From positions 1-15,400 of the forward strand of contig PMWA01000125.1 in the NCBI GenBank assembly GCA_003166335.1: a stretch of 15,400 nt of DNA, given 5' to 3'. Below the pieces are notes generated by a model that saw only the letters and a program-made list of their open reading frames with translations, did no database searches and was not told the origin of the DNA. Position 1 is the first letter of the stretch. Every line of letters begins with the position of its first letter. Of this stretch, positions 1-7,998 are shown piece by piece. A program made the translations under genes and the position numbers. The DNA is from Methanobacterium sp. GTDB lineage: Archaea > Methanobacteriota > Methanobacteria > Methanobacteriales > Methanobacteriaceae.

Positions 1-194
1 GAGTCTCTCCAACTCGATCATCATACTTTTATTGATATATATGGTTCTTTGGTGGGACCGAATACATCACTAACTGTACCAAACTTCTTCTCATTTTTTG
101 TAAAAACAGCAGTACCATAACGAGGGGTCTAGTTTGATCTGAGGATTAAACGGCCCCTGTTAGATATTTGGGAGATGATTCCTAACTTCTTCAT
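1..194 (-). pseudogene. gar1: Gar1/Naf1 family H/ACA RNP protein, disrupted; runs off the left edge
   Basis: Manual translation from ATG at 194: MKKLGIISQISNRGRLILRSN*TPRYGTAVFTKNEKKFGTVSDVFGPTKEPYISIKV**. The G-x-V-x-D-V-F-G-P-x-x-x-P-Y motif is typical of archaeal Gar1. There is an in-frame TAG at 131-129 and TGA TGA at 23-18; the Gar1-like tail DDRVGET continues in another frame. Confidence 0.85.
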
Positions 195-204
195 GTAATA
201 AAAC

Positions 205-254
205 CGAAACTTTTATATACTACTATCTCATCGAAGTAGTATATAAACTTTTCG
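205..254. promoter_or_regulatory. Inverted pair of BRE-TATA elements (gar1 promoter on minus strand plus a mirror copy on plus strand)
   Basis: 205-224 CGAAACTTTTATATACTACT matches the reverse complement of 235-254 (CGAAAAGTTTATATACTACT) at 18/20, with a 10-bp spacer. Each arm is a purine-rich BRE followed by TTTATATA. Confidence 0.8.
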
Positions 255-513
255 AAACAAATATATATTAGATTTATCCAGTTTTAAACTTTCATTTAGT
301 TATTAAAATAAATATCCAACTTCACGGGATATCTGAAAGTGTTTAAAGTTTTAAACATTTTAATGATAATTCTTTAAAAATAGTGTGTAATAAATGAAAT
401 TAAGAAAAATAAGAAAATTTAACTAGATGTAAATGTAATTTGGCTGAGTAAGACGAGAATTAAAATCAATGACCTTAGATAAAATAAACTCAATAATTCA
501 TTTAATTTTTGAT

Positions 514-738
514 TTAAGTTAAGGGGCTTCTAAAAATAGATTCCTCTTCCTTTTTTGAATTAATACCATCCCATATGATAATAAAAAGTATGGTTAGAAT
601 AGGTGTTACTATGAAACTCAAAGTAGTTAATGGATATTTATATAATATCAAAAGGATTATAATTACGATTAGAACTATTATAGCATAGTTTATAGGTGGA
701 TATTTTATATACTTGCCAATTTCTCTATTTAAAATCAT
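514..738 (-). CDS. Small hypothetical membrane protein (2 TM)
   Basis: 74-aa ORF with two hydrophobic stretches and a GAGGG RBS-like sequence upstream of the ATG. The hydrophobicity could partly reflect AT-rich codons. Confidence 0.5.
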   Translation of the reverse strand: MILNREIGKYIKYPPINYAIIVLIVIIILLILYKYPLTTLSFIVTPILTILFIIIWDGINSKKEEESIFRSPLT

Positions 739-782
739 TAGGCCCTCTTCTATATCCAGTGTTTGAATGAATATTTTTGAAG

Positions 783-937
783 TTAAACTTTAATCACATC
801 TAATAATTCTCTAGGATTTGTTATGACTGTATATTATTTTTCTCTTCAATGATGTCCTTTGCTTTTTTAAAGTCTGAATCAAAACTTACTAAGTATTCAC
901 ACCCCAAATCCTTAGCAATGTGTATATGTATTTGCAT
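783..937 (-). pseudogene. C-terminal remnant of a PIN-domain (VapC-like) nuclease
   Basis: MQIHIHIAKDLGCEYLVSFDSDFKKAKDIIEEKNNI, then a frameshift to TVITNPRELLDVIKV*. This resembles the PIN C-terminal pattern (D)xxHxxxAxxxxxxxLxT/SFDxDF. The N-terminal half is absent. Confidence 0.65.
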
Positions 938-968
938 TCTTGAACTCGTATAAAATATCTTTTGAGTT

Positions 969-1373
969 TTATTCTATCTGTTCACCGGTAATGGCGTCTA
1001 TGTTCACCGTTCCACCATAAATGTTATTTTTAGTATCGTATAGTGAAACTTTGTAATATGGATGTGGATTTGACTGTATTAATGTCGCCCCAGTTGCTTT
1101 TAGATTATGTCCTTCTAGAATGGAGTTTGCTATACTCATAGCTTGGCTAGCACTGATATAACCCCCATTATTGTTTCCACTATTGTTAGAACTTTGGCTA
1201 GTTGTTTGTGGACTATTTGAACCACTGGATGTACTGTTATTCCCAGATGTAGAGTTATTTACATCTGTTAATGTGGTCTGTGGATTGTTTTTAAATAAAA
1301 TATATCCACCAGCAAGTCCTAAAACTGCAACTAAAACTACAATTACTCCAATAAATACCACTCTTTCATTCAT
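969..1373 (-). CDS. Membrane-anchored protein: N-terminal TM, Asn/Ser/Thr-rich stalk, C-terminal PepSY-like domain
   Basis: TM at about aa 5-27, then a low-complexity linker. The C-terminus ISASQAMSIA...PYYKV...VNIDAITGEQ follows the PepSY pattern (IS.EQA..IA ... Y.V ... V.IDA.TGE). Confidence 0.8.
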   Translation of the reverse strand: MNERVVFIGVIVVLVAVLGLAGGYILFKNNPQTTLTDVNNSTSGNNSTSSGSNSPQTTSQSSNNSGNNNGGYISASQAMSIANSILEGHNLKATGATLIQSNPHPYYKVSLYDTKNNIYGGTVNIDAITGEQIE

Positions 1374-1648
1374 GAATTATTTACCCCGCTAATATCCCAA
1401 TATGATATTAAGTATTGTAATATGGATGATATTAATTACTATTACAAGAAAACCGAAAAATGATTTTATTACAAAAAAATCCTTTGTTAGCATGATATGA
1501 TGAAGTATAATTTCAAATGTAAAAAAAAAATAAAAATCCTTTAAAACAACCAAATACATCATTCTAAATTACATCAAATACAGATATTGAATAGAGAAAT
1601 TTTTTACAAATAATGAATGGAATTGTTGTAATTTAGAGAAAAAATTAA

Positions 1649-2161
1649 TTGAAAACGTTAGAGATGCTTTCTAAACCATCAGACGAAATGCCTAGACCTC
1701 CAAGAAAGGAATTACCATCATCTAACACGTCTAACACACTATTAATTATTATAATCATTTTGTTAGTAGGTATAGTGGGTGTTGCAGCGGGGTATATCTT
1801 TTATGGAAGTATGAATCATACACCAATAACAAACAATACTACTAATACAACGATTAATAGTACGAACCAAACTAATACACCAGTTAATAATACAACTCTA
1901 ACAACTCAAGCAAATACTGGAAATAGTAATGGGAATAATAAAAATAATGGTGGAAACAGTGGTTATGCTATTTCTGAAAGTCAAGCATTACAAATAGTTC
2001 AAGCTAATGCAGGAAATCAGAATTACATCTATTCTGGAACAACTACTGGACCTAATGGAGATACCCGCTATGTTTTTCAAGTTCGATTGAATGATAATAT
2101 ATATGGTCAGGAACAATTCAGCACCTATGAAGTTGATGCTGAAACTGGAGAAATGTATTAA
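1649..2161 (+). CDS. Membrane-anchored protein: short cytoplasmic N-tail, TM, Asn/Thr-rich stalk, PepSY-like domain
   Basis: TM LLIIIIILLVGIVGVAAGYIFY and C-terminus ISESQALQIV...YVFQV...YEVDAETGEMY. The true start may be a downstream ATG (1664). A T-tract follows the stop. Confidence 0.8.
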   Translation: MKTLEMLSKPSDEMPRPPRKELPSSNTSNTLLIIIIILLVGIVGVAAGYIFYGSMNHTPITNNTTNTTINSTNQTNTPVNNTTLTTQANTGNSNGNNKNNGGNSGYAISESQALQIVQANAGNQNYIYSGTTTGPNGDTRYVFQVRLNDNIYGQEQFSTYEVDAETGEMY

Positions 2162-2329
2162 ATATATTTTTTTTAAGAATTTGCAGTAAAAAAAAGAATA
2201 CACATTACTACAATTCAAATTATTATTCCAGCACGTTCCTAGAAGGAAAGTTAACGGATGAGTAAATTCATTTATAAGTAAAAAGAAACTTTTTAAAACA
2301 TCTTATAATGAATTTATTTACTATTTTTT

Positions 2330-2629
2330 TCATTCTTTTTCTAAATATTTAGAGATAAATTCTGGAGTTTCATTTTTTAATTCATAATTTCTGCGAATTA
2401 TAATTTTTAATTTAAGAATGAGATTATTTCTATATACATCATCATCTGGATCAATAGTTGATGTTGCTGCAAGATCAGCTAGGAATAATCTTGCTTTCAT
2501 GATTGTTTCATCGTCTAAGCTTTCATTATTATCTAACAAAGAGTTACATTTTAATCTAAATTTTTTAATATCATCTACTAAACGAGCAAAATTATGATTT
2601 TTAAAACCGTATAGCCATGCTGTACTCAT
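2330..2629 (-). CDS. Hypothetical protein (99 aa, likely helical)
   Basis: ATG start with a strong GGGAGG RBS upstream and normal amino-acid composition. No recognised motif. Confidence 0.65.
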   Translation of the reverse strand: MSTAWLYGFKNHNFARLVDDIKKFRLKCNSLLDNNESLDDETIMKARLFLADLAATSTIDPDDDVYRNNLILKLKIIIRRNYELKNETPEFISKYLEKE

Positions 2630-2806
2630 CTAAAAAATCCTCCCATTTTTTATATGAATGATGGACACGTAAAAACCTATCCGAGCTTTTATTTCTTCTA
2701 AATTTGGTGGGAAAACAGAGAACCCATAATATTAGAGAGTAAAAAAAATGAAAACTTTGTTTTTAACCCCAATTAATGATTTGTTTCACATCTCTATTAT
2801 AAGCAT

Positions 2807-3078
2807 TCAATTCCAGATTTTTGCATTTAAAAAGCTTAATGCATAAGGAACATTGTCTATATTATTTAGTATTTTAGCATTTTGAAAACTTAAATTATTC
2901 TTTATTAAAGTTTCTCCAAAATTAACATTTTTATTTATTTTTGCCCAAATAAATTTAATACTTCCTCCTGCTTCAATTTTTTTGAAGCATATTCTTCCTC
3001 TAATATCAGCATAAATGAAATCTATGTCTCGCCGACTTTTACTTTATAATAGGTTTTTAAATCATCACCAAGATAAAC
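2807..3078 (-). pseudogene. Fragment of a pentapeptide-repeat-like (beta-helix) protein
   Basis: Start-less open frame ...DIDFIYADIRGRICFKKIEAGGSIKFIWAKINKNVNFGETLIKNNLSFQNAKIL...ALSFLNAKIWN*. Phe recurs every 11 residues (F-x-x-A-x-I). Probable frameshift near 3035. Confidence 0.5.
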
Positions 3079-3079
3079 A

Positions 3080-3328
3080 TCACCTACCAATACCCAGTAC
3101 TTCTTGAACTAAAGGTGATAGAAGGAGGATGGGGACGGTTATAATTATACATATTATAAATCGTTTTTTTAAATCCTCAATCATGCCAGTATGGACGTGT
3201 CCCCCTTCCATTTTATGTTTTCTATCCATTTCTTTCCCGCAAACTATGCATTTGTCCTTTTCTTCAGGCCCTTCATGATGCATTTCATGTATCATATCAT
3301 TTTCAGAATCGTCGTGATTGATTTTCAT
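3080..3328 (-). pseudogene. copB: 5' fragment of a copper-translocating P1B-type ATPase (CopB-like)
   Basis: His/Met-rich N-terminus with a CxxC, followed by MIEDLKKRFIICIIITVPILLLSPLVQEVLG, the first TM of CopB-type ATPases. It stops at 82 aa, whereas intact proteins are several hundred aa. Confidence 0.8.
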
Positions 3329-3393
3329 CCCTCAATATGATATAGGAATATAATTATAATAAAATATTTTTTTTTTAATAGGGAGAGGATTTA

Positions 3394-4065
3394 ATGGAAG
3401 CAAAGAAGCAAAACATACCTGAAAAAGGTGTTCTAGTTCAGAGAGATATGGAAACTTATGCTGTAGTTCCTTATTTTCCGGGAGGCGTAGTTGATTCTAG
3501 TACTTTGCGAAGAATAGCTGATGTAGCTGAAAAATATAATATTAAAACTATTAAAACTACATCTGAGGGAAGGATAGCTATCTACGGTGTTAAAGAAGAG
3601 GATTTAGATAATGTATGGGTTGATTTAGGTTTGAAACCCGGTGGACACATTGGTAAATGTGTAAGACCTGCTAAAAGTTGCATAGGTAACATATACTGTA
3701 AGAATGGACTGCAAAATAGTGTGGAAATGAGCTTGAGAATTGATGAACATTATTGTGGAATCTAAACACCCGGTAAATTAAAGATAGCTATTTATGGATG
3801 TCCAAATTCATGTGCTGAATCATATGTTCGAGATATCGGATTTATTGGGACCATTAAAGGTTGGAAACTGCTGGTTGGTGGGACATGTGGAATAAAACCT
3901 AGGATCGGCCGATTATTAGCGAAAAATCTTTCGGATGATGAATTAATAAATATGATAAATAAAATAATTAATTATTACAAAGATCAAGGAATCGAAAAAC
4001 GTATGCCTGCATTTATAGAGAAAATTGGATATGAAAAGTTTTCTAAAGATATTTTAGGGAAATAA
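3394..4065 (+). pseudogene. Small nitrite/sulfite-reductase-like siroheme-[4Fe-4S] protein (Dsr-LP type) interrupted by one in-frame TAA
   Basis: The frame continues past TAA at 3763-3765 as TPGKLKIAIYGCPNSCAESYVRDIGFIG...GWKLLVGG...FSKDILGK* to 4065 (224 codons). The Cx5C (CIGNIYC) and Cx3C (CPNSC) ligand motifs lie on either side of the stop. RBS GGAGAGG. Confidence 0.88.
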
Positions 4066-4253
4066 CAAATTATTACTCCTTAAGAATTGATTGCTCAAAT
4101 TTATCCATAATTTACCCTTTCATAAATAATATTATCATGATTTAGATACAAATAAAACTTATTAATTAAAAAACATTTTAGAAATTGCTAAACTACAAGA
4201 GAATGTTATAAATATTCTCCTCATGATTTTTTATTTATATAATATTCTTAATT

Positions 4254-5450
4254 ATGGAGACAAAAAATGTGAAGAAAATGAAGTATGATGTAGTTGTTGT
4301 AGGTGGTCGAGTAGCTGGATCAGCTTCTTCCCTTTTTGCATCTAAAGGAGGTTTAGATGTATTAATGATTGAAAAAAGACAGGAAATTGGAACTCCTGTT
4401 CAATGTGGTGAAGCAACTACTAAGGATACTTATAAAACTCTTGGAATAAAGCCTTCTAAAAAATATGTACGTGCAGAGTTAAAAGGTTCCGATGTTCACG
4501 CCCCCAATGGTAAGTTTGTTCGGGTGGAAGGTGGCAAAATACATGGGTTCATGGAAGGATATGTGGTTGAGAGAAAGATTTTTGATAAAGAGCTGGCTAT
4601 AGAATCAGCTAAAGCTGGAACAGACATAATGGTAAAGACTAATGTCAAAGATATTATAATGAAAGATGGTAAAGTCTGTGGAGTTGTTGCAAAGCACCTT
4701 GGAAAAACATTTGATATAAAATCAGATATTGTAATAGCTGCTGATGGTCTTGAATCTAATTTATCTCGGTTGGCTGGTCTTAAAACTGTTAATACTGTGG
4801 ATGATATAGGTTCCTGTGCCCAATATGAAATGGTAGGTATTGATATTCCTGCAAATTATATGCAATTATATTTTGGTGATAAAATTGCTCCCAGAGGATA
4901 TTTATGGATCTTTCCTAAGGGTGAGGGAGTTGCAAATGTTGGATTGGGTATATTAAACTCAAAGAAAACTGCATATCATTACTTAACTAAATTCATAAGA
5001 AAATTGGATGCAACTCCTATTGAACTTAATGTAGGAGGAGTACCAATTTCAGGACCCATGGATCTAACCTTTTCTTCGGGACTCATGGTTGTTGGAGATG
5101 CCGCAGGACATGCTGATCCAATAAATGGTGCCGGCATAGAAAATGCTGTAACCTGTGCTAAAATAGCAGGAGAAGTAGCAGTAGAAGCAATTGAAAATGA
5201 AGATACATCCTCCAAATATCTAAAAAAATATCAGGATCTCTGGAAATTAGCTATAGGAAAAAATATTGAAAACTCCCTTAAATACAGGAAAATTATTGAT
5301 AAACTCACAGATGATGATTTTAATGCACTTGCTGAATTTTTAGAAAATAAAGATCTAAATTCAATTTCAAAATTATCAATACTTAAATTTCTAAAGAATT
5401 ATCCTCATCTTATTACTCTTTTAATCAATATTTTTATCCGAAAACCATGA
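4254..5450 (+). CDS. Geranylgeranyl reductase family flavoprotein (DGGR-like)
   Basis: FAD motif YDVVVVGGRVAG, then EKRQEIGTPVQCGE, IAADG, the GGR signature PxxYxWxFP (PRGYLWIFP) and VGDAAG. Possible start at 4278. Confidence 0.92.
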   Translation: METKNVKKMKYDVVVVGGRVAGSASSLFASKGGLDVLMIEKRQEIGTPVQCGEATTKDTYKTLGIKPSKKYVRAELKGSDVHAPNGKFVRVEGGKIHGFMEGYVVERKIFDKELAIESAKAGTDIMVKTNVKDIIMKDGKVCGVVAKHLGKTFDIKSDIVIAADGLESNLSRLAGLKTVNTVDDIGSCAQYEMVGIDIPANYMQLYFGDKIAPRGYLWIFPKGEGVANVGLGILNSKKTAYHYLTKFIRKLDATPIELNVGGVPISGPMDLTFSSGLMVVGDAAGHADPINGAGIENAVTCAKIAGEVAVEAIENEDTSSKYLKKYQDLWKLAIGKNIENSLKYRKIIDKLTDDDFNALAEFLENKDLNSISKLSILKFLKNYPHLITLLINIFIRKP

Positions 5451-5809
5451 AAATATATCATTATTAACAAAATATTAATTCTTAGACATTTATTTGGAGA
5501 ATAACTAGAGTTTTCAGGCGGAGTCAAATTAATTTGTTATAGAATATCCCTTTTAATAAGGTGATAATGAAATAAGGAGCTTTTTTTAAAGTATTTTAAT
5601 GGAGGATAAGTATAAACCCTAATATCAACATATTATTAATGCTGAGGAAATCATTACTTTTAATAAAATTTTTATTAGAGCCTAGCATTGATAACATGGT
5701 ACATTTTGGGAATACTTGCTTATTTCTAAATAATAACTAAAATCTAAGCATTTCAAACTAATCTCAGAATTATCGTCATATAAAACCAAGTTTTTATGGG
5801 GAATAATAT

Positions 5810-6757
5810 TTGTCTAAGAATGTTACTGTTAATGCTAATTATAATATGAAACATTTGTTAAAGTTTATCAAACTTGGTAAACCTCAATTTGCAGTGGGGT
5901 TATTTTTTTATTTTAGTCTTGGTGCTTTGTTAGGGGTTCTCTTTAATGCTCAATTTGTTTTAAGCAAATTTATATTAGGATTTGCCATTATATTCCTGTC
6001 AACATGGGCTGTTCATTACCATAATGATTATTTTGATTTTGATTCAGATCAGTATGGTATACCGACAGCTATTTCGGGAGGTAGCGGAGTACTCATTGAA
6101 CATCCTGAATGGAGAAATAAATCTAAAATAATGGGCATCACGCTAATAGGGTTAGCCATTGCCATATCTGCACTTCTTACATACCTATTCTCCTACCCAA
6201 TAACTTTTGTCCTCTTTGTTATTATCGCAAATCTTATAGCATGGGTTTATGCTGCTCCACCGTTCAAACTATCTTACCGTGGCTTAGGGGAATTTGGAAA
6301 TACTGCCATAGGCCTTCTATTTCCAGGTTTAGGTTACTTTGCCATAATTGGAACATTAAACCTCCCCTTTTTTATTTTCGCAATTCCCATGTTGTTTTTA
6401 CAATTATTATTTACCATTAGCGTAGAAATTCCTGACATGGAAGGAGATAGATTAGGAGGCAAAATGACATGGATTGCCTCAAAAGGCCGTAAATTTGGAT
6501 TCCAAATCATAGCAATTTCAGGGATACTGGCAACCATTTCATTTCTACTTTTATCATATACAAATTTATTTCCTGCTATCATCGACTTTAGAATAATTGC
6601 AGTTATCTCATTAATACCAATGAGTTTAGGAGTAATTGAATTAATTAAAAATCCGAATGACAAAGCAACTGCCACAAAATTTTGTATCTACAATCTTGCG
6701 GGGATCTTCATCACGGTGATTTTAATTAATTTATATTTCTTGTCCCTACTAAAATGA
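5810..6757 (+). CDS. UbiA-superfamily prenyltransferase, MenA (1,4-dihydroxy-2-naphthoate prenyltransferase)-like
   Basis: Multi-pass membrane protein with motifs NDYFD, SGGSGVL, YAAPPFKLSYRGLGE and EIPDMEGDRLGGK, typical of the MenA/UBIAD1 clade. Start is TTG 5810 (GGGGA RBS) or ATG 5846. Confidence 0.9.
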   Translation: MSKNVTVNANYNMKHLLKFIKLGKPQFAVGLFFYFSLGALLGVLFNAQFVLSKFILGFAIIFLSTWAVHYHNDYFDFDSDQYGIPTAISGGSGVLIEHPEWRNKSKIMGITLIGLAIAISALLTYLFSYPITFVLFVIIANLIAWVYAAPPFKLSYRGLGEFGNTAIGLLFPGLGYFAIIGTLNLPFFIFAIPMLFLQLLFTISVEIPDMEGDRLGGKMTWIASKGRKFGFQIIAISGILATISFLLLSYTNLFPAIIDFRIIAVISLIPMSLGVIELIKNPNDKATATKFCIYNLAGIFITVILINLYFLSLLK

Positions 6758-6793
6758 CCTTTTAATTTGAATAAACTATTTTAAAGGAAATGT

Positions 6794-7024
6794 ATGGATT
6801 TTAACACTCATAGATTGATAAATATAAATTAAACTTAGGAAGGCCTTAGTATTTGGCTGGAAACTTTTTTTTCTTTTTACTATGGGGAGCATTATTGGCA
6901 GTAAATATTAGGTTCAGAATTTTGTTTCAAGTAAATTTATTTTAGGAAACTCCATTACTATTTTACTGCTCATATTTCAGTTCATTACAGGTAATGATTA
7001 CTTTAATTTTTTGATGTTGAACGG
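6794..7024 (+). pseudogene. Frameshifted, 3'-truncated second MenA-like prenyltransferase
   Basis: Frame-corrected reading MDFNTHRLINIIKLGRP*YLAGNFFFFTMGALLAVILGSEFVSSKFILGNSILFTAHISVHYSNDYFNFDVE aligns colinearly with the upstream gene (IKLGKPQFAVGLFFYFSLGALLGVLFNAQFVLSKFILG...VHYHNDYFDFD). Confidence 0.85.
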
Positions 7025-7132
7025 CTTTTTAGTCCACTTATTTTTGTTTTTATCTTCTTTAAATGTTTGATTTTTTAATAGTTTGATAAAATTATTTATG
7101 ATAGTCTAGCCATATAATATTAATAAGAGGCG

Positions 7133-7348
7133 ATGTACTTGGATAGAAGATTGATTTATGGCTTAGTCATAGTAGTTATTATTGTGGTAGCTGTTGGGGC
7201 ATATTATGCCGCATATCCTCCAAAAACAAGTAACTCTACCCATGTAAGCACTAGCAACCAAAACTCAACTTCAGGGGGAAATACTGGAAAATCTGGCATT
7301 AGCTATCAAATACTACCGGTTTTAAAAACAATAGGACCGTCACGATAG
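7133..7348 (+). CDS. Small membrane-anchored Ser/Thr/Asn-rich protein, probably truncated
   Basis: GAGG RBS, N-terminal TM and a stalk-like linker with no complete C-terminal domain. Confidence 0.6.
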   Translation: MYLDRRLIYGLVIVVIIVVAVGAYYAAYPPKTSNSTHVSTSNQNSTSGGNTGKSGISYQILPVLKTIGPSR

Positions 7349-7454
7349 GTATTATTTGGGTAAACTCTGATCACTGTGAGTATATCCATTTTAATTAAAT
7401 TCATTTTTTTGAGAACTTCAAAAATTGGGGTTAAGGAATAGGGGGATGAATATT

Positions 7455-7805
7455 ATGGGTTTTGTAGAATTGGCTACAATTGAAGAATTGAAAGATGGGC
7501 ATATGAAAATGACCATTATCGATGATCATGAATATATGCTGGCTAGGATAGGGGATAATTATTATTGTACGGACAATAGATGTCCACATATGGGTGGAAA
7601 TCTGTCCGGTGGTAAACTGGAGGGGACAGTCGTAACTTGTCCTAGACATCATAGTCAATTCGACATTACAGATGGTCATAATATACGTTGGACAGATTGG
7701 ACTGGGATTAAATTGGCATTTGGAAAGTTAGTTAGATCACCACGACCACTTAAGGTGTATGAAGTCAAAATTGAAGAAGACAAAATACTGGTTAACTTAA
7801 AATAA
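7455..7805 (+). CDS. Rieske [2Fe-2S] ferredoxin-type protein
   Basis: CPHMGG and CPRHHSQFD ligand boxes, no TM. The ORF track starts at TTG 7425; ATG 7446 or 7455 is more likely. Confidence 0.93.
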   Translation: MGFVELATIEELKDGHMKMTIIDDHEYMLARIGDNYYCTDNRCPHMGGNLSGGKLEGTVVTCPRHHSQFDITDGHNIRWTDWTGIKLAFGKLVRSPRPLKVYEVKIEEDKILVNLK

Positions 7806-7998
7806 AAAAAAATTTAATCTAACCTAGTACCACATCCTCATGAAAAACAATAAAGAAACTGTAAATAATAGACTTAAATAGCCTTGTAAATAACATGGAG
7901 TTGTTAATTTGAAATATGAATATAAATTTAAGAGCATGAGTAATAAAGAGCTTCACGAAGAATGTATGACTTTTTTTTGATATTTTAGAGTATCCTTC

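Noticed and set aside
129..131. Pyrrolysine or alternative-code read-through of in-frame stops (TAG in gar1, TAA at 3763, TAG in the second MenA-like copy)
   Set aside because: The stops are of different types, two of the genes carry additional frameshifts, and no pyl or sel machinery is in view. Ordinary decay explains them.
278..358. Short palindromes AGTTTTAAACT and TGTTTAAA-GT-TTTAAACA
   Set aside because: Almost pure A/T in a very AT-rich spacer; plausible by chance.
1171..1392. 73-aa plus-strand ORF
   Set aside because: Antisense shadow of the PepSY-like gene at 969-1373.
1988..2218. 76-aa minus-strand ORF
   Set aside because: Antisense to the 1649-2161 gene; no motif.
2234..2261. 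Second dif-like site CGTTCCTAGAA-GGAAAG-TTAACGGATGA
   Set aside because: Only about 5/11 arm symmetry; too weak to call without a genome-wide motif.
4979..5215. 78-aa minus-strand ORF
   Set aside because: Antisense shadow inside the GGR gene.
6334..6675. 113-aa minus-strand ORF
   Set aside because: Antisense shadow inside the prenyltransferase.
7290..7400. Possible decayed cupredoxin domain after the 7133 ORF (TVTIGIIWVNSDH in another frame)
   Set aside because: The resemblance is short and no copper-ligand Cys/His/Met cluster is recoverable.
7431..7679. 82-aa minus-strand ORF
   Set aside because: Antisense to the Rieske gene.
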